From: Lingula anatina | Lineage: Eukaryota > Animalia > Brachiopoda | Length of the DNA stretch: 64,000 nt | Assembly (NCBI GenBank): GCA_051362555.1 | Contig: CM120645.1 | Coordinates: 19,840,001-19,904,000 of the forward strand | Reading direction: 5' to 3' | Shown here: positions 54,859 to 64,000 of the stretch, one piece after another | How positions within the stretch are numbered: position 1 is the first letter of the stretch | Layout: each line of letters begins with the position of its first letter | Notes under the pieces: model-generated | What the model was told of the DNA's origin: nothing | The model's database searches: none | What the model saw: only the letters and a program-made list of their open reading frames with translations | Made by a program: the position numbers and the translations under genes

Positions 54859-57800
54859 CTTTGCTAAGCGATGTCCCCACCAATGACAGCAATAGAAGTT
54901 TGCGTCATAAAAAGCAATTTTGTGTCTATCTTGTCTTATTCTTTCTGACATCTACCTCAGCATTTTCATCTCCAGCTTCAAGTTCTTTGTACATCAGTGT
55001 GAGCCTGACTCTTCAAATGCTCACCTAGCAAATCTACTGTTTCTTTTTCCACAACTAAAATAAACTGCCAAATGTCTAAGTCCTGCAAGCCAGACAGGCA
55101 ACTGAGACACTGTACACACCTTGTTTTGACCGCTTTGACCAATGCAACAAACAACCTGACCACTTGACCAAGCTCTACTCACAATGGCAGCCACAAAGTC
55201 TCACCTTACAATTCTTGTAATGGCCATAAAGACAACATGATTTACACTCCCAGTTACAAATACTGCTGCAAATTCCTAACTCGGCCCTTGCTCGTGTCAC
55301 ATGACCCGTCACAGCTTGCAGTCAGCCAGCCGTAAAAGTAGCCTACACCTAATCATTACATCTGCTTTATGAAGTGGAACGTATTACACTGGCAGTCAAG
55401 TTTCTGTTGCCAACTTGTGGAGAATAGCTTGTAGTAGTAGCAGTAGTAGTCTAACAATGGGCAGGGATGAAGCCTGTTTGCTGAAGCTTTTTTATGTATT
55501 CAGCTGGTATAGAAAATAATGTTTTTGATATTCAACAGCTGCATAGAAACCTAACAACAAACATGGAATCCCAGGCATATAAACTGGCACCTAATCTTTG
55601 CCATCAAAAATAAAGAAATAAATAAATAAATAAAATAGTTTTTTTTAAATAAATAACAGGAAGCGTTGCATAAAGCAAGTTTTCCACAACTGATGCCAAT
55701 TAAAAAAGTATACAATATATATTTTTCTGACATAGTTCTGAAGTCTATAATATTATTATCATTAATCTGCTTTTTGATATCTAAAAATAAAAACTCTATT
55801 TTTATGCTACAAGGTTCATTCAGGGATTGGTATCATCCAGTAAAATTACTTCTCTCAAAGCTACCTTTCTAAGAATATTACTAATCTGCCAAACATGCAA
55901 TATTATAAATATACATTATTTCGGTAGACCTGAATATGACCTGCAGCAATTCAGTTATCTTGTGGCCCGTTTCATAAAATCACTCAGTTAAAAATCTCGC
56001 CAAGCATGCAATGACTAATCATGCACTTAAATTGTTCAAGTTACACGCAACAAATGATCTGAAAGGCCATTCACCTCTTTTCTCTTTTTGTTTTTTCTTT
56101 ACGTAAAGCCTTGGATGATGTTTTTTTTTCCTCTCAGAACAGACAAAAGCACTAAGGGCCCTGTTCATTGCGTCTATTTTGGTCCAATCTTTCCTAACAC
56201 ACTGGTAATTGAACTAATAGTGGCTAACTTATTTGCCTGCAATCAAATTATCAAATCTAATTAAAACATCAAATTCCAACCCTTGGTCTGAATTCAGTTC
56301 ACTGTTTCTATTTTAATGGCAAGTTGCTGTCGAAAACAATGCTGATAATCATCAGAAATCAGCGCCAAAAATGATGGAAGAAGAGAGGGTGGGGATCAAA
56401 GCTAGCAGATTTTATCCATGGATATTTTTTTTGGTTGCTTTCCTGTAAGTTCTGTAGAATTAGTCTTTTGTACAACCATCAATATTCACGGCTTGCAAAA
56501 TTTTTTTTTGCAAGTTGCTTTTCTATTGCTATTCAAGACTACATTTCCAGCATGTTGACATTAACAATTATGGCTGAAAAGTTTACCCCATCTCAAATGG
56601 ATTCTCGCACATTTTCTAGTCTCGAAGGATCATATACTCTTTGTGAATTCAATGAAAAAAAAAAAAAAAGCCCACTGTTGTGTACAATTCTGAATTCTGA
56701 GCACATACCGTTGTCAGTGTCACTCTAATAGACATAAGAAAATATAGATATTTCCTACAACATCATTTTTTTCTTTTTTTTTTTATTTGTCACTTCTGTA
56801 ATATTGACAAAGCTATGATTGTCACCCTTTGCCCAAAACTTCTTATTTACTGTACACGTATTACATACATTCTTTTGGGTAATAGATAAATCTACAATGT
56901 TCAGTGACTTAATTAATAAACAATTACACACCTTATCTTACGGGTGACGTCAATATTGCTATTTTGGGGTAAAAACTGAAAAATCGATCTCTCAAATTTC
57001 TCTTTTACCTAAGCACCCACGATCACCACTTCAATGCCAATTTAATGACACCACTTAGTACTCTAAAAGCAAAATTATGCCTTTGTTAAATGAAAATCTG
57101 TAATTAAAGGCTCATAACTCAATAACAAAAACATTTAAACCAAAATGACAGCATGGGACGGGGTTGTAGCCTATGCAAACTCTGCCAATTTTCATGATAA
57201 AATCTTGTTCAGGGATGTAGTTACACCCCATAACCATTGCTATCTCACCTCAAAATAGAAAGGTGTTAAAATGACAATTAAAGCTTTGAGTTGCCTATGC
57301 TTATACATTGCAACAAGAATTATAAACACCAATATTTTATATTTTCAAGGGTTTTTTTATTGTTTTAAATCAGCACAAAAATAGATGCATTATTGAATAA
57401 ACAGATGAAAAAAAAAACTCATTTTCAGTATCTGGATGATAATAAAAGATTATAATATCCTTACTTGATAACACTTATTTTGTTTTTCTGAATTTGTTCT
57501 AAATCAAATGTCAGATAAATAATTATAATAATAATAGTAAGTGGTCTCATAAAACTTATAAATAACCAAAAGCCAATGATATAAGACAAAATTTCTTTCA
57601 AGAACCGCTGTCAATTGCTGAATAATGAAGACACAGCAGGTTCATTATAATCTAATCTTTTTCTTCCCAATAAAACTAATTTTGTTCCTGTTTTTCCGAG
57701 CTATCAAATCTAATAAAGTTATGTATTCTCCAGTGCACGCATTTCCCTGGCAAGATAAGCCTTTCATAAACCTGTGAGATTTAAAGGCAAATTTCACGTG

Positions 57801-58932
57801 TACTCTTGCTCAGGTATGACATTTTAAAAGAAATTTTCATCACGTACGGTATTTACTCCAAAATTTCAAACACCCGAATCAATCCACTTGTTTCACTTGG
57901 ATAAGTTTTTCTCATTTTAGTACATTTCTCACAAACATGCATTTTCTGATTTGAAAACCAGCTCGCTTTTAAGAATCTTAAATTGGCATTTCCGTGTGTT
58001 ATTAACAATCCATCGTTCTTGAAAAATATAATCAATTCCTTTTGTTCAAATTTAATAAATAATTACCAAATCTTTATACTCCATATCTAAATGCCTTCTC
58101 TGTAGGTATCTTTAAGTGTTTAGTATCCAATGTGCATACTTCCTGCTCATGTAGGTCTTTAACTAGGAACCCACAGGGGAAAAGGGTAAAATTGTTTTTG
58201 GAAGTTGATACCAGAAGAAACATGTAATAAGTGCAGGCAAGCTAAAAGTTCTGGGAGTTTGCCAACTAGACAGCCTCAGTACAGCCGACTTGCTAGCATT
58301 GCAATTTGAAAAAAAAAAAAAAAAAAAAAGACTGCCTCAAGGTATGTATAAGAACATAGCATCATAAATATTTTGCTTGTGAACAAATAGCCATCTATAT
58401 CTAAATCAAACAATATTTTTCTTGGCAATTCAATTTTCATTTCACATAGATGATAGAAGTAATACTATTTAAGACAATGACAACGCTAGATGCGAGATTA
58501 CGGAGTTTAAAATTTGCAGTAAGGGATCTTGCACAATAATGTATCTGGCACTTATTCGATCCTCATTTTGGGCTATCTTGGATGTTTTCCACTAATCAAA
58601 CAATTTGAGGATAGAAGGACCTACCACCTGGGCCAGGACAGTGCCACGGCACCCTGATTGATTGTACATTTGTCTAGAAACAACATCCAATCTATTTAAT
58701 AACAAGAATGGAGAAATAACATCAACCAGTAAAATGTCAAATGTCCATATTTCCTAGAATCTAATATATATATATAATATGCTAACATAACTATCTTTCG
58801 TGAAAAGGAAAACCACACTAATGTATGCTTATTAGGTTTGAGTCTAATGCAAAACAGTGATTTTTTTTGTCTGATAAACCTTTTATCTTCAGAATAATTA
58901 ATTAAAATGCAAGATTATTTATTGACAAGAGC

Positions 58933-58964
<32 letters not shown>

Positions 58965-60589
58965 CTCCCAGGTGACTTACTTTATGGTATTATCCTAATG
59001 ACTTGCTGAGAATATCATCAAATAACTGCCCGGAAATGACCACTCCAGACTGTCCACAGAGATGTCATAAATGCAAGTATGACCAAAAGCTACACAGAGT
59101 TCAAACACCATAATATATATGCCATAAAATTTACCACCAACTGTTGGCAAGACTGATAAGCAAGTCTGTAAGTCCAAATCCAATCCAATCCAATCCTACC
59201 TGACAGAAACAACAGAAGACTTTTAAGTTGCTTATACTTAATCCTTTTTTCTAAATGAAAAAAAATCTAGTTATATGTTAACAAGACTGGGCTAACTCTT
59301 GCTGTACACTTTCATCCCATTAAACCCTTAAAAATATATAACTGGCAGTGATGTCCCAGTATTGAATTTTCTCACGAATTGAAGAAAGACTAGAAACCCT
59401 TCAAAGCCAACACAATCCCTTCTCCATATGCTAGCGCTACTAACACGCGCCTACAAAATCTGCTTTATATCCTGGATATTGTACCACAAATTGATCCGTG
59501 TTCCTTTCCTTTGACGTCTACATGGTCTCTGCAGAGAATTGCTCTTAATGGCATCATTTAAACGTAAACCCACAATACCAACCAGCATACAGATCATGAA
59601 CCAACCCCATGCTTAATCCACAGCCTTAAATGTCATCAGTCCTACCAGGTAGGAGTTAAAAGAAAATTGACTTGAACTGCAAAGCACACGTGCATATTAA
59701 CACACTAGTTCAGAACCATACCCTTTTCAGTTGAAACACAGCAAAGGATATGATAATGGAAATGAGGCTTAAATACGGATGGAAGCTCTTAGGCACCCTT
59801 ACTGAATGTTTTTTGTATTTTTTCCCTTTTTAAAAAATTTCATGAAGCTGTAACAGATAATTATAAGTTCACTGTTCATGTTACTCCAGATGAGTGATAT
59901 GGCTGATGATGTTGACGACAGCGATGAACTTTGTCTCAAATGATGTTCAGAATGAGACTGATAAAATAAGAGAAAAATTGATCCAAAAAGTTCATCAGTT
60001 CCAACACAATCTCAGACTTCACCACAAGCAACATGACATAAAGGACTATTTTTCAAGAAATGCTACGTAAGTTTGGAATATCTATAGCATCTGTTGGTCT
60101 GTCACCTGAGGCTTGTCAGTCTCTGGCGTGCCTAGAGGAGAACTAAACATAGCACTCAACCAGAGAACTAAATTCATCCTCAAAGGCTGAGCAAGCATCA
60201 GTTATAGCTGTATTGATTCTGATTCGTGACATTTTTTAAGTCCTCAAGACTATTCTATCTCTATCAGCAACAAAAAGATTATTTTTGAAAAAAAAAAAAA
60301 AAAAAATGGCACATGCAAGTCTGGGTCTTTGAATACATTCATTTTCCTGACAAAAATAAATGCTGGTACAAAGACCTCAGGAAATAGAATTCTGTTGCGC
60401 AAGTAATTATTGTTTTCTGTTGTATAAATACATAGCAACAACAGCTTCACAAGTCACAAGATTTGTAGTATTCAATGACAGAAATACAATTACTTTGTTC
60501 TTTTGGTTGTTACAGTAGGTTGACGAGACAAAATGCATGACCACATCTGGTGTTCATTGCTTGACTATAGATAAATGTTAATAGTGGAT

Positions 60590-61090
60590 CATTACCTCCA
60601 CAAAGGGGCTTCTTTTCACCTCCATTTGTCTGTCTTTTTGTCTGTTTGTCACCAGCCTAACTCCAAAAGTTATAACTGGATTTTGATGAAATTTTCAGGA
60701 TAGGTCAAAAATAGGCTTACTTTCAAGTGATTAGATATTGGTGATGATCCACCAATTGATTAATAGTAAATTATTAGTTCAATTTTTGTCTTAGTGATTA
60801 GGCTTCACTGTCTTAGGCTGCATTCACATCGAGTTGAGCCATGGCTCTACAAAGCCAGGACCTAAATATGGCGGACGTACATGAACGGAAAACCGCCTAA
60901 TCTTTTAATAGTCTCTCCGCCTCTCACATGCCTCCCCATGCATCATCCCTGCGGGGTACAGTCATTAAATCTCGGCTCCATTGGGACAACACATGGGGAG
61001 GCGAGTGAGAGGCGACCTCCATATTTAGGTCGTGGCTTTGTAGAGCCATGGCTCAACTCAATGTGAATGTGGCCTTAGTGCTTTTCTGAT
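60590..61090 (+). mobile_element. Degenerate Helentron/HINE-like element interrupted by a MITE
   Basis: ATTACCTCC start, CTGT-like repeat and GATTTTGATGAAATTTTCAGG core shared with 21465-21862. The 3' end is split by 60816-61074. Confidence 0.55.
60816..61074. mobile_element. PIF/Harbinger MITE
   Basis: TIR of about 55 bp GGCTGCATTCACATCGAGTTGAGCCATGGCTCTACAAAGCC..., with a perfect TTA TSD. Confidence 0.9.
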
Positions 61091-64000
61091 TTGTTTTATA
61101 ATACTGTTCACAAATATACACAAATTCAACACTGTCTTGTTGAAACAGAGAGATCTTCCAAGCAGTTATTTGCACTTCATCAGCCAATCTTTCTCTTGCC
61201 AGTTTTATTGTAAGTGACAAACCATCCCGGTGGCATTTTCAGTAGATTTGACCTTTGCTAGAATTGGCTGAAATAACATGGCATTTCTAAACCCACATGG
61301 CTTCCATCCCCAATGACACTACTCTGAAAATTGCTAAGAGCTGGACCTGACATAGAAATCCATCTTTTGACTTTTTTACTTCATCCTCACATGCCAGGAA
61401 TCTGGATTATCTATGACAAACAACATAAATCTGATGAAGGATTGATTTGCCATACTTCAATACAGATCACCAAGAAAAGAATGCAATTAAAAGAAAATAA
61501 ATAAAAACAATAAACAACAACAAAAATATAACATTTTCAATCTTACTTCAATCCCCCTTTATTTAGAATGACCCTAACTAAGCTTGGGTTCTGGAGAAAA
61601 CATACACTTTTTTTCCCCAACAGAAGACTCACTTAATCAATAAAATAAATTTAGCAGCTTACTTTTAACCAAAACCCCTTCCAAACATATACATAACATA
61701 GACTAGCCAAAGGCTAGCTCAGTCAATGTTTCCATTTCCGAAGAGGCCACATTACATCATTAATTATTTCTGCATACGCCCATGTCACCATCTGCTACGG
61801 ATCAATCCCCTTAGAGATCAAATTCACTGAAGATATGCTATTCCATCACGCTACATTTCCAATTTGTCTAAATGCTGATGACATAAGTTTTATTGATCTT
61901 TGAATACATCGAAATGAAATATTGGACTGTATATTTTTTTCCTTGATCGATGGGCCTTTTTTTTTTTACGTTGTATAGTCTTTGCACGTGGTGATGGTAA
62001 AATTCCTTCATTCCAAAGAGATTTCGTATGGTGACTAAATACAGGGATCCAAATGTTGAAGTGGATACATTTTTCCTCCAGAATATCTAATGATTTTCCA
62101 GAACCCATGCTGATGCAAATGTCTCAAAATTCTTGGAATGTCTATCCCCTGGAAGCTAACATTAAAAAATTGAAATATCAAATCACATCACCACATTTTC
62201 TATACATAGCAAAGAGGTCTTAAACTTTGAGACTCCAGCGGTTTCCTCTGAGAAACTTTCAATTTTTTTGTCTTTAAGATTCTAGTCAGGGTTTACGTTA
62301 GGAAGAAGTAAATTTTCTTGATACATTTACTTTACTCCAGTACCTTTAAGTCATATTTCTCCAAACAGAGCAGAAACTCTGTAAGGAATGTTCCTAATTG
62401 CTAACCTTAGATCAAAGCACCCTTTCAATAGCTGGCTTATTATCTGATTTACACTTACCCATTTGTATAGTGTTATATCAAATCAAATGTGAACAGATTG
62501 CTCATAACATTTATTTTCACTATTTATTGCTGTATGTATCTGCTTTCTTGATAAATCAAATCTTCGTTGTGAATGCCATTTACTCACAAATCGCACCTTT
62601 CTTTTCTAAAATGTCAGTATTTCCCACAGCTCATGCTGATGCTTATTTTATGCATTATTATGCTGTATTTCTTTTTGCGTGTTCAAACTCAAATGAATCC
62701 CAGTATATGAGATTGTGGATAAAATGCAATACTTAAAATTTCACAGAGATCATCTGCAAGATGGCAAAATACAAATCATTTCATTTTTGCAGATTTTCAC
62801 ATTAACTGCAAGAAACTTTTAAGCATTCCAACTCAGTGGCCTCATTTGGTTTTAATTTAAAACTGTACAGATTCTGACATTTTCAACATAATTGTAATAT
62901 GTACTATATGGAAGCTTAAATGGTTCCAACATTAACCCTTCACCAACTATAATTTAACCCTCTGGTTATAGACCTCTGTGACCACACAGTGAAGTGATTT
63001 ATTTTTACCATTATGTTTTTCAACATAGTCAAAATGTCTTCTAGAACTACTGACTTCTGTTTCTGAATGTCATACACCAAAATATGTTATATATTCTCAT
63101 GCATACAGTTTCCGTATAGTCATGACTTAGAATAAAACCAACATGTTGAGTTCACATGCTCAGAAGCTGTGAGCCATGATATTCGTGACATAAGAAAACA
63201 AAATTCCAATTTTCTTCTTTGCCCTTTCCACAATTGATTAGCGTGAAATGTGGAAATGAATATTTCATTTTTTTTTCAATAAGGTAATGATCTGCCTCAT
63301 GCAGATGACTCATAAATGAGTACACATGCTTGGTATTTCAGTGCATTTACTCTGTCACCTGACAATTGTGAAATTAAAAAAAAAAAAAAATTGATAAGTG
63401 TGGGCTGCAGAAATAAACACTCCCATTATTTATTTTAATAAGAAACACACTGCAAAAGGATGGTTCATTATGTTCTGATGCAATAATTTGGCCATCTAAA
63501 AAACATCTAGCCCCCAAGAGAAAAAACACCATCAATATATCTTTTAAGTTAATATTCATAAACACAATTTGAGGTATGCATACAAAGTAGAAATCCATAA
63601 AGTCCACAATAACAATAACAGTAGTTGTTTCCAACAAAAAAATAAGGGTTTACAAAATATATCGATTACCTGAACAAGCCTAAAGAAGAAACCAAATTGT
63701 GGTGTCTGAACTTTTAAAAAGAAGATGTCCAAAATAGTCCAAATGAACAAAACCTTCTTCGAATGAAACATAGAGGTGTAATTGCAAGAGGAGACTAAAC
63801 AAAGAGAGGTGGTATTTTTCTATGTGCTTGGAAAACAAGGCGTGACAGAGGCCCCTGGAGAAACGCTGAAGCAACAGGAAGAAAACATTGATTTTAACTG
63901 AAATACTGCAGCATTAAATCTCCCAAAAGGAATAATATATCTTTGTCTTCATAAAAAATGAAAGGATGAAAACATCTGAGGCTTAACAAATATAATTTCT

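Overview
AT-rich, intron-containing animal genomic DNA, probably from an invertebrate (lophotrochozoan/mollusc-like is only an inference). The ORF track is mostly spurious. Four spliced genes were reconstructed by hand with phase-consistent exons: MRPL46 (+, 6048-10873, apparently with two consecutive GC-AG introns); a PLP-dependent serine/threonine dehydratase-family gene (-, 23187-26465); NRF1/Ewg/P3A2 (+, 28752-33446), head-to-head with the dehydratase; and AHCYL/IRBIT (-, 36457-54488), tail-to-tail with NRF1. The strongest finding is in NRF1: a 159-nt DNA-binding-domain exon is present as two diverged, intact copies only 41 bp apart, predicting mutually exclusive splicing into two DBD isoforms. 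AHCYL shows three separate tandem duplications of an exon end plus its splice donor, including an 18-copy 32-bp array. The 16-19.5 kb region holds an amplified exon plus 69-bp intron module with a nested 52-bp minisatellite and an orphan frameshifted TDP-43 exon. Many MITEs and microsatellites are also present. Assignments come from reading the sequence and from remembered homologues; no searches were run.
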